From Octopus vulgaris (taxonomy: Eukaryota): a DNA stretch of 64,000 bases. Both the position numbers and the translations under genes were made by a program. Of this stretch, positions 17,183-29,569 are shown piece after piece (the first letter of the stretch is position 1; each line of letters opens with the position of its first letter). The DNA is taken from positions 11,408,001 through 11,472,000 of the forward strand of contig OX597833.1 in assembly GCA_951406725.2 (NCBI GenBank), written 5' to 3'. The notes beneath the pieces were generated by a model. The model was not told the DNA's origin. It made no database searches and saw only the letters and a list, made by a program, of their open reading frames with translations.

Positions 17183-18790
17183 GGGAGCACAATATTGACG
17201 GTCTCAGGACAACAAAGCAGATCAAGAAGGGAACCTTTAATAATTGAGAATTAAAACGTCAAAATTGTTAGATATAATCTGCCTGTAAGATATAATCGGT
17301 GTCTCCTCTACAAAATTTCCTTTCTCCGATAGCGTACACATGGATATAGGCTTTGAACTCCACTAAGCAACTCTGGTGCCAACAATGTCTGCACAGGTGG
17401 GATTAGGACACTCTCAATCCCCTGCTTTCCGATTGTATTATGGAGTGAAACCTACTAAGTGAGGGTTCACCTCTTGAAGCTAAGGCTGAATATGAAGGAC
17501 CACTGTGGCTGCTGAAAGTATATGCAGCAAACAGCTGGGTCAAATACAAATCCTTCCTAAGCAAATTCACCTCATCTTTAGATATATTTGGGGTAAAGTC
17601 ATTTGTCCCGCAAGGAGTCTGCAGTGCACACCTTGGCACTGAAAACCGTGAGAAGGATTGATTGGAAGTAATGTCGTCAGTGAACTTAATGGAGAGGTCA
17701 TAGCAGCCTTCTGTGCAGGATACACACTTTCCACTCCATGTTATAGATATTATTTTAAGACAGGGAAATTTATAAGGGTGCCTAGTATAGAAATACTTGG
17801 TGACAGAGGTTTCTGATAGATTTCGGTCATCTTTCACTCTTTGCTGAACGTTCGGGTAAAAGGAAGGGGTGGAGTTGTCAACTCGTCACTAATTAAATGT
17901 CTGAAAACCTGAAAATTCCTACAGTCAGCCGAACACTGGAAATTGGTAAGTCCAGTGCGACCTACAGAATACATTTGGAAGACGCAGTGGATGCTGGGAT
18001 CAGAAACAAAAATGTGGAGATATTTGCATCCAAATTGAGAGTGACTCGCCTGAATGAAGTTGGACATCGAAATGGATTCGTGAATGTATTATATTTTTCG
18101 GCAGGTTCTTCTTCGGTTGAACGCTTATTTGAGCTAAATTCACTTAAAAGTGGTAAAGCTGCTGGTGAAAAGCACGTTCGGCTTGATATTTTAGAAACAT
18201 TAAATACAGATGGTATTCTCTAAGTGACCCATGTATGGTAGGTGGATGGGACCTCTGGAAAACACACCAAGGCAATGGTAATAAGAGGCGACAATCCCAT
18301 TTTTTCTTCAAACAGAGACCAATGGGTGTGTTCTAATTATAGAAAAGTCTACACTAGATGTCAGGAAAAGTTATGTAGGGAAATTGTCGTGTCCGGGACG
18401 CAGTACATCCGACAAGAGAGTCGTTCAAAGACAGATCTTCCAGCAAACGTTGAAGCATTTCCAAGAGGAATACGCTGTAAACCACGAAAAGGCACACGAT
18501 CACGTGCCCTGGGGCATGTTGTGGATGGTTTACCAGGAAGGTGAGTTTAATGGGCAAATACTGGTTGCCATAAAGTACATATATGGATGTTCAAATGTTT
18601 GTATTTATTTAAAAGTCGAAAGTTTTCAACGTGAAGGTTTTACTTAGTTGAAGTGCGCTGCGCATTGTTAGTGCCCCTTCTCACATTCTTTTTTGTGATC
18701 TGGTTGAATATGCTCAGCCATTGTGGTAGAGGTATCCCAATTCATTTCTGCCTAATCGGTCGACTGTTATTTGTAGACGACATGCTTCTT
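17183..18790 (+). pseudogene. Degenerate RTE-clade LINE, duplicated with the gene unit
   Basis: CPGRSTSD..RQIFQQTL..EKAHDHVPW and RLLFVDDMLL remnants; near-identical to 58665-60280. Confidence 0.7.
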
Positions 18791-19046
18791 GGTACAATTC
18801 TAGACATAGTACTGCATATATACTCATATACACACAATAAATAGCATTGTATATTAAAGTAACATTTTATTCAGGAACTTATTGTAAAGTAGAACATATT
18901 TTAAAATAAATTCAGGCAAGTGTCTTAGTATATATTATTGCGGACATATGGATAGTAATGTGGAACTAATTCAAAGTGGGTAAAATTATAAATCATTGGT
19001 TAAGGAGACACGGGTAAAAGACTTTAGCCGTAAAATTAGTTCTTAC

Positions 19047-19098
19047 TTGGTGGGTCATCTGGTTTATCGTCGAATGATTTCTTGGAGATGAAACGGTT
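19047..19098 (-). CDS. Second copy of exon 2 inside gene B
   Basis: 52 bp with intact AG/GT; encodes NRFISKKSFDDKPDDPP. Confidence 0.65.
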
Positions 19099-19198
19099 CT
19101 GTGAAAAAATAGAAATAGCATCATATAAATAGAACTTCAGGGTATTTATTATCGTTTAGAACTTAAAACAATGCAATAGATGACAACATATTCGGACA

Positions 19199-19460
19199 GG
19201 TATCATTGCCAACACTACCATCTCAACCCCTTAGGAATCTTCTAGAAGGCGCTTCAATCCAGTCAAAGGATTTTCTGAACAATATCAGACAATACAACTC
19301 TGCATTTCAAATGACATCGTTTGGTGAATCTAAGAAGATAGAATAACATGAATTTACGCCGACGTCAAAGTTCAAGGGCAAGTCTATCCCATCATTGGTT
19401 CTCTGGTACCCGCGAATGAACAACCACAGTTCCTCCAAATTTACTCTATGAGTGATGTAG
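19199..19460 (+). pseudogene. Helitron Rep/helicase N-terminal fragment
   Basis: LPSQPLRNLL..SKDFLNNIRQYNSAFQMTSFG..TFKVQGQVY-like motif; copies at 47878-48140 and 60817-61080. Confidence 0.7.
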
Positions 19461-19715
19461 GACAAGAAACCCGACGTGAGGTGTCAAAATTTCCGATGAT
19501 GGGTCGTGTTAGACACAGCGCACACTGCAGCAAAGGAGAGTATATCCACTGACAGATTTTCGGTGCGTTCAAAAAAACACACAAACCCCACATTCAATTT
19601 TGCATGACAGGTTAGGGCCTGAAACACTCCAAACGGACGCATAGCATGTTGCTTAGTCGAATTAGCCCTGCATTTACTCTACAAATGTTTTGTTGTCAAT
19701 GTTGCACTTTCCCAT

Positions 19716-20259
19716 ATCACCTGTTTCAAAGATGGAACGTCTTAGAGATTGACATCTGCAAATGTAGAAAGGTCGGTACACTAACACGTATTCTTTCCAA
19801 CTGTTCATTAGCATTGAACAGGTACACATGGAGGCACAACTTGGTCCTTAAGGTTATCTTCAATGCTATAAAGAACCAAATTCATCTCAACAACACTGAG
19901 GAAAAACCGTTAAAAGTACCATCAAGAGATTTCATTACCATCGTGCGACCAGGTCAGCGGATCCGTTTCAAGAAAAAGATCAAGAAACATCCTGAGAGAA
20001 ATGAAAAGTGGAACGGCTATTGAGAGGTAACTGCAGATTTACCTGGGTGCCAGGTTTTCTTTCCCATCCCAGTATCGAAAAACACAGATATTTTGATGTG
20101 GTTTGAAAGAAAGAAAGTTGTAAATATAGTCGAGCTAACAGTTCCTCATGAAGATAATATGGACGCCGCTCGGTCTCGAAAATTGAACCGTTATGAAAAC
20201 CTTGAGGAATGTGAAGACGCAGGCTGGAAAGTGGAACATTTTCCTATCGAAGTCGGATG
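19716..20259 (+). mobile_element. 5'-truncated HERO-like RLE non-LTR retrotransposon, first part (zinc knuckle and restriction-like endonuclease)
   Basis: C..C..GTL.RILSNC..RYTWRHNLVL, then DI.MW...VELTVPHE...RKLNRY..FPIEVG; interrupted at EVG by the Tx1-like element. Confidence 0.8.
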
Positions 20260-20449
20260 GAGACGCAGGTTTCTTAATAATGTCGCTTATTATGCAGTGT
20301 ACAATGTTAAAATTTTGTGTCTGTTACAGTTAAATTCGATTATTATAATTTGAAAAAAGGGACTATTTATTGCTTGTTTTGAAGCAAAATTTGTTTGAAT
20401 TCCCCCTTGCGGGGAAACGTTTTACTTTCTTTATTAGTGTTTTTACACA

Positions 20450-21529
20450 ATGGAAGGTACTGTCGCGCGTAGGGAGAGTGTATCTCCAGTGCCAAGTACC
20501 AGTAAGGATTCTGTAGTGAGCAGAAGGATATTAGAAGAGCCAATAAGGAGCTTTGCGGCTGCCGCCGGAGGAAACTCAAGGAAAATTGATACAACCAATT
20601 TGAAGGCAAACCGAGAGCTGTTAACAAAAGAAGGGACCGAAATAAAGGTGGTCCCTCCTCATAGCATCATTAAAGATGCACTCGAAAGGACTGTAATTTT
20701 CAAAACATATAATGTTGAACAGAAAAAAATTAACTATGTCAATGACAGAAGTGTAGAAAAATATTTAAGGCCAATTTGGAAGAACATCACATATTTGGCC
20801 AGAGGAAAAAGATATGCAGCTGTTGAAGTGAGGATGTCAACAGTGGAACAGGCGCAAAAGTATTCTGTGGAGCCTCTTCGAACGGATGAGGTAGTACTGT
20901 TGCCATTTTATATGGGGAGGAGAACCTCCCGAATAAAAATAAGCTGTGTACCACCGGAGGCGGACGCCGAATGGCTAGTAGCGGCAGTACTGTATGACCT
21001 AGAGGAAGAAATCACACTGCATTCTGCGGAAGTAACAGAAGACAAAGTCAGGCTTGGCCAAACAATAAAAATGCTGATCCAAGCAGAGCCTATGACCCTA
21101 GAAAAAATTCCAGAGGTCATAGATATAATGGGTACGAAGTTAGTAGTCATGGTGGAAGGTAGAAAACCCAGATGTTTTAAATGTGGAAAGAAGGGCCATG
21201 TTAGGTCCGAATGCAAGAGTGGTGAAGAAAAAGAAAAAGAGGAGAACAACATTGAAGAAGACTCGGAAGATGAAACTACAGAGAATGGGAAAACAGAAGA
21301 AGAAAGCACAGAAGAAGAAAATGAGAGCGGAAATAAAGAAGAGACGGAATGGAAGAGAACTGGTAGCAAAAGGAAATTAAAGGAAATGTTAAATCATTGG
21401 CAAAAATGCAAACTCAAAGAAGGCATGAAAAAGCCAAAAAATCAAAAACAAAAGAAATACGAGAAAAGAAGTTCTATATATGGCGGTTCGAACCTCAAAC
21501 TCGAGATTAATGAGCCAAATACAAATTAA
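20450..21529 (+). CDS. ORF1 gag-like nucleic-acid-binding protein of the Tx1-like LINE
   Basis: 359-aa ORF with CCHC knuckle CFKCGKKGHVRSEC and an acidic tract. The original end was probably near 21722 after a frameshift. Confidence 0.8.
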   Translation: MEGTVARRESVSPVPSTSKDSVVSRRILEEPIRSFAAAAGGNSRKIDTTNLKANRELLTKEGTEIKVVPPHSIIKDALERTVIFKTYNVEQKKINYVNDRSVEKYLRPIWKNITYLARGKRYAAVEVRMSTVEQAQKYSVEPLRTDEVVLLPFYMGRRTSRIKISCVPPEADAEWLVAAVLYDLEEEITLHSAEVTEDKVRLGQTIKMLIQAEPMTLEKIPEVIDIMGTKLVVMVEGRKPRCFKCGKKGHVRSECKSGEEKEKEENNIEEDSEDETTENGKTEEESTEEENESGNKEETEWKRTGSKRKLKEMLNHWQKCKLKEGMKKPKNQKQKKYEKRSSIYGGSNLKLEINEPNTN

Positions 21530-21732
21530 AAAACTAAAAAGAACTGGATGCAAAAACGTTAAAGACGGTTTCGAAGTCTACCACGTAGACAGAACGTCTT
21601 ACAACGTTCTAGCAAATGACCATCGGAGTGATGTTGGCTTAATTAAAACGACTCCACGAGCCCGAGAAAGAGAAAAAGAGGCGGACCCACCTCCGCCTTT
21701 TAGCGAAGACACAAGAAATTGAGGTAAGACTT

Positions 21733-24700
21733 ATGGCAGTTCACGTTGGATGTTTAAATGTGCGTGGCCTGACGGCGGGATGGAAGCGAGGCCGCTTCTT
21801 AAACGACGTCATGTCACATAATTTGGATGTCATTGTTGCTACTGAAACCCGGTTAAAGGGATCAAGAGGACTGCTCCCACTCCTGGACGGATACGAGAAA
21901 TTTATTTCTCCAGTCCACCGGCGGGTGGGTGTGGGGGTGTTGGTCCTACTAAAAAGAAACCGGGTTTCAGAGAAGAAGTTAATTTTTTGTGACCCAGAGG
22001 GTAGGCTGGTCGTCTTCGACCTGACTTTAAGTTGCGGTAAGAAAATCAGACTGGTGGCAATTTACGCCCCCTACAATGGTCAGTCTGAGTATTTCCGAGA
22101 CCTAGAGAAGTTTCTTGGTACGGCGTACCCATTAGTTTTGTTAGGGGACTTTAATGTTATTCAAGATGCGCGCGTGGATAATGTTGGCTCGAACCCAAAT
22201 AGAATACCTAATGCCGGTTTCCGGGATCTACTAAGTCGCTTTCAGCTAGTAGATCCATACAGACTTGAATTCCCGAACACCCCAATGTGGACATGGTTAA
22301 GTGGTGACGGGTCTTTTAAGTCCTATTAAAATAGGATTCTAATTAGAGAAACAGATAGATCCATAGCTAAGTGTCCACAGTTCCACTTGGTCAGCTACAG
22401 TGATCATAAATTGGTCACTTGTTAGCTGAACCTAGATAAGTTACAGAGTAGAGGATCCGGTTACTAGAAACTCAATAAGTCCCATTTGGCGAACGAAGAG
22501 TACAGAAGCCGGATTAAGTTACTGATACAGAGTGCTTTAACTGGTACCATCATTAATAATAAATGGTGGTACGCCCTCAAAAGAGCCATTAAATTTGAAT
22601 CTATTAGATATAGCATAGGTTTAGTGGCAAGAGAGCGTAAGAGGGAACTAGAACTGGTTAAGGAATTAGAGGAAGCAGTGTTGACTGGTAGTGCTGCTGA
22701 GGCGAAGGCTAAGAGACTGGAATTAAACCAGCACCTCGAGGCCAAACACAGGGGATGCATTATCAGGGGTAGACTTCGTGCAATGGGGAGTGAGGGGCTC
22801 AATGCCGCTGGATGGGCTCGGGTGATGGAAACCCAACGTGGAAATGATTCCACAATTCGATCTGTGGAGAACCTACAAGGCGAGATTGTGAACGAACCCG
22901 ATGAGATGTGTCAGGCTTTTCAGGAGCACTTTGCACAGCTTTTCGGGAGGGGCGATGGATCGGATGGTAGGTTGGACCTTTCGGACTTCCTTGCCGGGCT
23001 GCCGCGTCTCTCGGGGCAGGATGCTGAGTGCTGTGAGGGTCCGATAACACCTCAGGAGGTGAGAGAGGCTATAACGAACTGTAAAGCTGGTAGGGCGCCG
23101 TGACTTGATGGTTTGCCTTATGAAATTGTACAAATGTATGCCAGACTTGTATGGGCAAATTCTGGCCGGGGTTTACGCTAACTGGCAGCAGAATGGGTCG
23201 ATTCCCAGATCTGTACGCAGGGGAGTGGTGACTCTGGTCAGGAAGGACCTAAACAAGGGAGATAAGATAGACAATTATACGACAACATCGATTCGATCGT
23301 TCGGGTGAACGGATTTCTTTCTAGGCCGTTCTCTGTTAAGCGCTCGGTTCGCCAAGGATGTCCGCTTTCGCCACTTTTGTATGTGATGGCTCTAGAGCCG
23401 TAACTGCGAAAGTTGAGCGGCATCCCGAGGGGCCGGCTGTTGGAGAGTCGGTTTCAGCATATGCGGATGACATCACCATTATTGTAACCAAGATGGAACA
23501 CCTACAGAGGGTACGTGAAACAATTAAGGTTTACGAGACGGTGGCAGGAGCAAAGATTAACCGGGAAAAGTCAGTCGGCTTGCAACTCGGCACCTGGAGG
23601 AGAAAGTCGATGCCTTTGGATAGCGTCGTGGGACGTTGGACGGAGGGCCCGGTTAAGCTGCTAGGGGTATGGTTTAGACCAGACCTCCAGGTAGAAAAGA
23701 ACTGGGCAGAGGTATTGAGCAAGGTGACCTGCATAGTCAAGACCTGGTCTTGGCGGTGGCTATCCTTGAAAGGGAGGGCGGAGGTGGCCAATGTGTTTAT
23801 CGCATCGGTCATCATTTACCGCCTAACCGTCGTGCCCTGTCCCGGTTCGTGGTTGAGCAAGCTGGAGAAGCAGATCTTCCGCTTTTTGTGGAAGGGCACC
23901 ACTCCTCTAGTGAGGCGTTCTATCTGCTGCCAGAAGCCGTTGAATGGAGGACTGGGGATGCCTTGGCTGTTGATGTGCAAACATGCGCTGAGGTTCAAGT
24001 ATCTCTGGCTACTCCTGAATGGTTAACAGGTGTGGTCTCCGCTCGCGAAACGGATGTTTCCCAGGTTCACAAGTTTTAGTGGACAAGAAAGCTGGTTCCT
24101 TCGTAGAACGAGGTTGGGTACATGGTTTACGGAGTGCCGTAAAGCACTCCTACAGTTCCATCGCTCGGGTAATGCTAGCGGTTTTGGTACCACCACATTT
24201 TTCTATAGCAGGTTGGTAGAGGCTGGGAACGACGATACCCTAGAGGAAACCCTAAGTCTCGGAGATAACTAGTTAGACAGTCTGTTCCGAAGGACGTTTG
24301 GGCCGGGGTGTTTGGATAATTTCCAAAAATCCCTGGCCTGGCAATGTTACCGAGGAGCCTTACCCGTTCGGGATAAGCTCGCAGGACACGGTCGAACCAC
24401 CACTGCCGACTGTCCAAGATGCGGACGGGATAGGGAAACTGGCCTGCACGCTATTGTTCAGTGTTCGGGAGTGTCTGAAGTGTGGGTTTATGCAGAACGT
24501 CTGCTGTCAGGTTCGGGAAGAGTACAGCTGTCGTCTGAGTAAATCGTAAAAATTGACCCGCCGGATTTCCTCACGAAAGAAGATAAGCAATGTTTTCTCG
24601 CAGTAGTAGCAATAGCGAAAGAGGTGGTATGGAAGTCGCGAATGAAAGGTTTGGCGACAGGCAACCTCATCTCCGGTCTCGGGTTGGTGAGATATTTTAT

Positions 24701-24812
24701 CTTCCTCCTTAAAAGGAAGGTGAGGCTGGAAAGAAGATGCCTGTCAAAGAAAATGTTCAAAGAAAGATGGTTGCATGTTGCGAGGGTGCTGGGAATGAAA
24801 GATTCCTCATGA
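21733..24812 (+). pseudogene. ORF2 (AP endonuclease, reverse transcriptase, C-terminal zinc finger), disrupted
   Basis: CLNVRGL, TETR, AIYAP, LGDFN, SDH; RQGCPLSPLLY, AYADDITI; CPRC..ET..H...C. Several stops and frameshifts and an internal deletion near 23278. Confidence 0.9.
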
Positions 24813-25055
24813 ACATGTCATAAGTCTGCATACAAATGTTTCAGTAGGAGAATGGGGCTCGTGGGTTCGGAGCGTAAGCCATCTCTCTGCTTCATCTCAT
24901 GTGTGTATTTCGTCCTTTTTGTATCTCATTCGATTTCATTCGATTTCATTATATTTTGTAAAATTTTAAAAGTCATATAATCATTGAGTGTCTGACCCCA
25001 ATCAGGCTGTATTGTCCCCCTCTATGTTTGGGCCCATGTGGCTAATAAAGAAATT

Positions 25056-25400
25056 GGATGTAGAGGGTTTGTTGGACACAGCGTGAGACGACTGTTGTTA
25101 TCGCTAGGCCTAACTCATCGTAAAGTCAATACCATCATGACTGATATCCAATCTACAGTGGAGAAGGCTAGCCACTGGATTTGGTTAAAAAGAGACGATG
25201 AGTGATGGCTAGAAGTATATTGAGTTCTTCATAACCAGCTGATCTAGCAAGCGGAGCCTCATATCAGTGCGCATTGATGCCGTCGAGAGGTAGGCCCCGA
25301 AACGGCGCGCAATCTCTCCTGATGACCCCATACACTTGCTAGCTTCCGGTATACGGAGCTTTTAACTGGTAGCACTTGCATGTGCAAGTTGTTTGCAAGA
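25056..25400 (+). mobile_element. HERO-like element, resumed 3' end (C-terminus and 3'UTR)
   Basis: Reads (G)CRGFVGHSVRRLLLSLGL...VEKASHWIWLKRDD, continuing EVG from 20259. Confidence 0.8.
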
Positions 25401-27080
25401 CATCTAAGACCTTGTGGTAGGGAACCACTGACAAACCGGAAAGACGGTTAGGCATCTTGGAAAGACAAGAGGACTGCTCGGAAAGACGAGCGGACAATAG
25501 GAAAGACTATCGACACCAGGAAAGACTGGTGGAGGCTGCGGACTTACGATCCTCGCCTTTGTAATATATTGTAACAGATATGAATGGATATGACAGCCCC
25601 ACGATCGACCGAGAGGGGAGAATCGAGAATCAATCAAACCGAGTCAGCACGGGAATGACCTTGGAAACGAGTGCGGTTATTCATTCGAACAGCGAACGAA
25701 ATGCAAACAACTTTGGATGCAAGCTGTGCTGTAGAACCTTTGCAACTGTGAGAGGCTTGAAGATACATCAGGGAAAGACTTGTGAGAAGAGGACAGAGCA
25801 GTGTGGATCGTCAGATCGTAAAACACGTGGCAAATCATCCCCGGACTCAAACCACAGCGGATCGATAAATGCTACAGCAGAGACCTCTTCGCGTGATGAA
25901 ACTACAAGTCATGAAACTGGTGCATCGGATAATACTCAGAGGAAACCGAGGGTTTTGTGGCCTGCTGCTAATGAGAAAGTGAAATATAAAGAGTTTGAAA
26001 ACAAGGTTTGTCGGGCTCTTTATAAAATGACAGGCTCTACAGTGGAGAAACTGGGCAAATTATCAAGCTCAGTATACGATATAGGAAAAGATTTATTTGG
26101 AATAAAAGGGAATATCCGGCTAGAGAAAGGAAAGTGTGGACCAAGCAGGAGGATCAGAAAAATGCAGCAGTTGAGGAAGGAAAAGTCCGACTTAAGAAAG
26201 CGATGGAGATGTGCTGCACTAGATGAGAAACCTGGCCTTGCGCTGCTGTATAACGATTTGAAGAGGAAATGTCGTTATGTGCAACGACATATCCGCCGAT
26301 ATGAGCGTCGAAAAGAAAGTAAAAGGACTCGGGGGCAGTTTCTGAAGGACCCGTACGGGTTTACTAAGAAGCTATTCACTGAACCGAAGAGTGGCACTTT
26401 ATCGTGCACTAAAGAAGAATTGGATGCTCATATCAAGGATACCTACAAGGCAAGATCTTTATGGGAATTCTGTCGAGGAGAACAGTGGCATATTTACACA
26501 AATTACTAATAACAGCCATGGACCACTTCCACATTCCTGACAAAGTGATCAAAATAATGAGGATGTACTATGACAGTTTCGAAATGAGGTTTACGACTGG
26601 AAATTTTACAACAAATTGGCACCGATTGGAAGTTGGCATTGCTGCTGGCTGTACGATATCTGTCACGTGGTTTATCTTAGTCATGGAGTTGATTTTGGAA
26701 GGTGTAGATTTTTCGGAACAAATCGCCCAGGTACAATCGCCTAAGAAAGCCTTCATGGATGACGTGACACTTCTAGCTACAGATGAAAAAAATCATGCAG
26801 AATGCCCTCTTGTGATTAGACGAACTTGTAAGGTGGTCAAGGATGCGATTTAGAGCAAAAAAGTCGCGTAGTCTGACATTTGTTAAGGGAGTGCAGAAAG
26901 AATTTAAGTTTCGAATATCTGAAGAAAGCATTCCAACAGTCAAGGAAGAGCCCGTCAAGAGCTTGGGTCGAGTATACGCTGGAACATTGTCAGACAGAAG
27001 TCGTGGGATTGAAATTATGAAACAGGCCGAGGCTGGGTTATCAGCGATTGATAATTCGAAGTTACCAGGTAAATATAAAA
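25400..27080 (+). mobile_element. Second HERO-like element: 5'UTR, N-terminal zinc finger and partial RT; internally deleted and 3'-truncated
   Basis: CKLCCRTFATVRGLKIHQGKTC, WPAAN, FLKDPYGF, GIAAGCTIS, KAFMDDVTL, EEPVKSLG, SKLPGKYK. RT domains 1-3 are missing near 26450. Confidence 0.8.
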
Positions 27081-27084
27081 TTGA

Positions 27085-28860
27085 TGTTTGTGACAGCACA
27101 TAAGATCTCCTCAGCAGGATCAATGACTGTAACAACACTTATGACCTGACAGGATGTATGGTGGGTAGCATGGATGTGGTATCCCTATACCCATCGATCG
27201 ACGTAGATTTTGCGGTGGAGAAGTGCGTGGAGATGATCAACGAGAGCCAGGTGGAGTTCCGTAATGTCAACACAGAAGAACTGGGCCTCCTACTTAGACT
27301 GACATGTAATAATGAATACTTAGATAAGCATAATCTTAGTAGTTTCTGCCCCAGTAGATGTTTAAGAGGTAGACCGCCCACAATTACGTCTATGGCTAGG
27401 AAGACACATATAGAAAGATGGCGCGGATGGACCAGAGCCATACGGAGCCCCGCAAATGTCCAACAGGTAAAGAAAATGATCGCACATGCACTAGGAGCTA
27501 GTATAAGAGTTACCCTAAAAGGCCACACGTTTAAGTTTAATAATAAAATATATGCCTAGGACGAGGGGGCAGCTATCGGCGTTAGTATCGCTGGTGATGT
27601 GGCTAACCTTTCCATGGTATGGTGGGACAGAAGGCTTAAAGAACGCCTAACACAGAACTCCATACTCGTAAACATGTACTCTCGCTATGTTGATGATATC
27701 AACATAGTGGTAAAGGCACCTCCACAAGAGAGTACTCTTGAAAGAGAAATAGAAACTAATACTATGGAGAGTATCCAGCAAATAGATAACTCCATCCTCC
27801 AGAGTATTAAGGTTACAATAGACTACCCCAACCATAGACTACCAGTGCTAGACACTGAACTCTGGCTAGAAATTGTGAATAATAAAACCCAAATCCTTCA
27901 TTCATACTATGCCAAACCTATGGCCTCAAAATACTTGATCCACCGGAACTCAGCCATTGCGGACAATGCCAAATTCAATATTTTGATGGCAGACCTCTTC
28001 AGAATAATGAGAAATGTGTCACGCATGTGCGAGCCCACAGAGTTAAAGAAACACATACGATATTTCATTCACCGCATGCAGTTCTCAGGTTACATCCATA
28101 AAGAAAGGATCAGAGTATACAAAGGAGCCATGAAGAAATTTGATAATATATTATGTAATGATAGGAATGGGATTTGCCCACTCTATAGGAACAAGTCATG
28201 GAACACTATAGAAAGGACAAAAAAGAAAATAGGGAAGGCCAACTTATGGTATGATAACCATAAATACCAGAGTGTCATGTTCGTTGACACCACCCCTGGA
28301 GGTGAACTGGCGTACCGCTTTAGAAGGACCCTAGACAAACTGAAGCTAAGAATTAACGTTGTTGAAAAGCCAGGCAACCCTATCAAATCTATAATTGGTA
28401 GAACCTATCCTTTTAGTAGAACCCCCAGTACGGATAAGTACTGTACTGTATGTAGATTTAGCCCACAAACAAACTGTAAAGCCAGGAATGTAGTCTATAG
28501 TATAAGATGTATAGAGGGACGATGCAGTAACAAGACAATGACATACGTAGGGGAAACGGCAAGAAGCATAGGAGAGCGGGTAAATGGACATTGGAGACAA
28601 CTCAAGGAAGGTAAAAGCTCATCGATTCTGTACCAACACGCCGAACAGAAACACGGGGGATCAATCAATAACATACAAATTAAAATATTGTCCACACATA
28701 GAACAGATGCAACAATTAGACAAATTACAGAAGCTACACACATAATAGAAAATAAACGTAGCCTGAATAGAAAACTAGAATGGAGCACTAACACACCACA
28801 ACATGTGACGATAGAGGATCCAGAAAACATAATAAATACACAGATAAATAAACAAATAGA
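27085..28860 (+). mobile_element. Penelope-like element (RT and GIY-YIG endonuclease), 5'-truncated, with an in-frame stop at 27557-27559
   Basis: GSMDVVSLYPSI, G.AIG..IAG.VANL, YSRYVDDINI, LPVLD, YYAKPMAS; NVVYSIRC...YVGETARSIGERVNGH. Ends in (TA)n. Confidence 0.88.
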
Positions 28861-28866
28861 AATAAA

Positions 28867-28931
<65 letters not shown>

Positions 28932-29496
28932 GTGTGTGTATATATATGTATATATATATATTTTTTTTTTCAATTCGATTTATTATTGTTATTACTAGTA
29001 TTGTTGTTATACATACATACATACATACAAGCATATGTAATGATAATAATAAGTAGATGTAAACACATGAACAAAATAAGAATAAACAAAAACAACAACA
29101 ACAGAAACAAAATACAAATTACATGAACGTATATAAACAGAAGATAGAAATATTACAGGCATCCCCCCACATACACACACTATATAAACATAGACGCACA
29201 TAGAGATATAAGCATGCGCAAATGAAGACATACAATAGAAATACAAAAAGGCTTACGGTTAGTAAGGAGAGACACAAATAAGAAAGAAGAAATCAAAGGA
29301 CCACTGATGCGGTCACAGGAGTGTGACGAAAGAACTCTGGCCGAAATAAGATTAAGATTAATGTAAAAAATAAATAACACTGAAGCAAAATAACACCAAA
29401 TATGTCAATATGACCATTCCGAAATATAACAATATCTGTTTCAACACAGGACTTCACATAAAAAATCTTGCACAACAAATATTTAAACGTACTATA

Positions 29497-29569
<73 letters not shown>

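Larger units (their letters stand above)
20260..25055 (+). mobile_element. Near full-length, inactivated Tx1/L1-clade LINE
   Basis: ORF1 and ORF2 (APE-RT-zinc finger), AATAAA at the 3' end, and a GGATG direct repeat at 20255-20259 and 25056-25060. Confidence 0.88.

Noticed and set aside
25438-25526. CRISPR-like repeat-spacer array
   Set aside because: Repeat is only 8 bp with 11-13-bp spacers, in a eukaryotic retroelement context with no cas genes.
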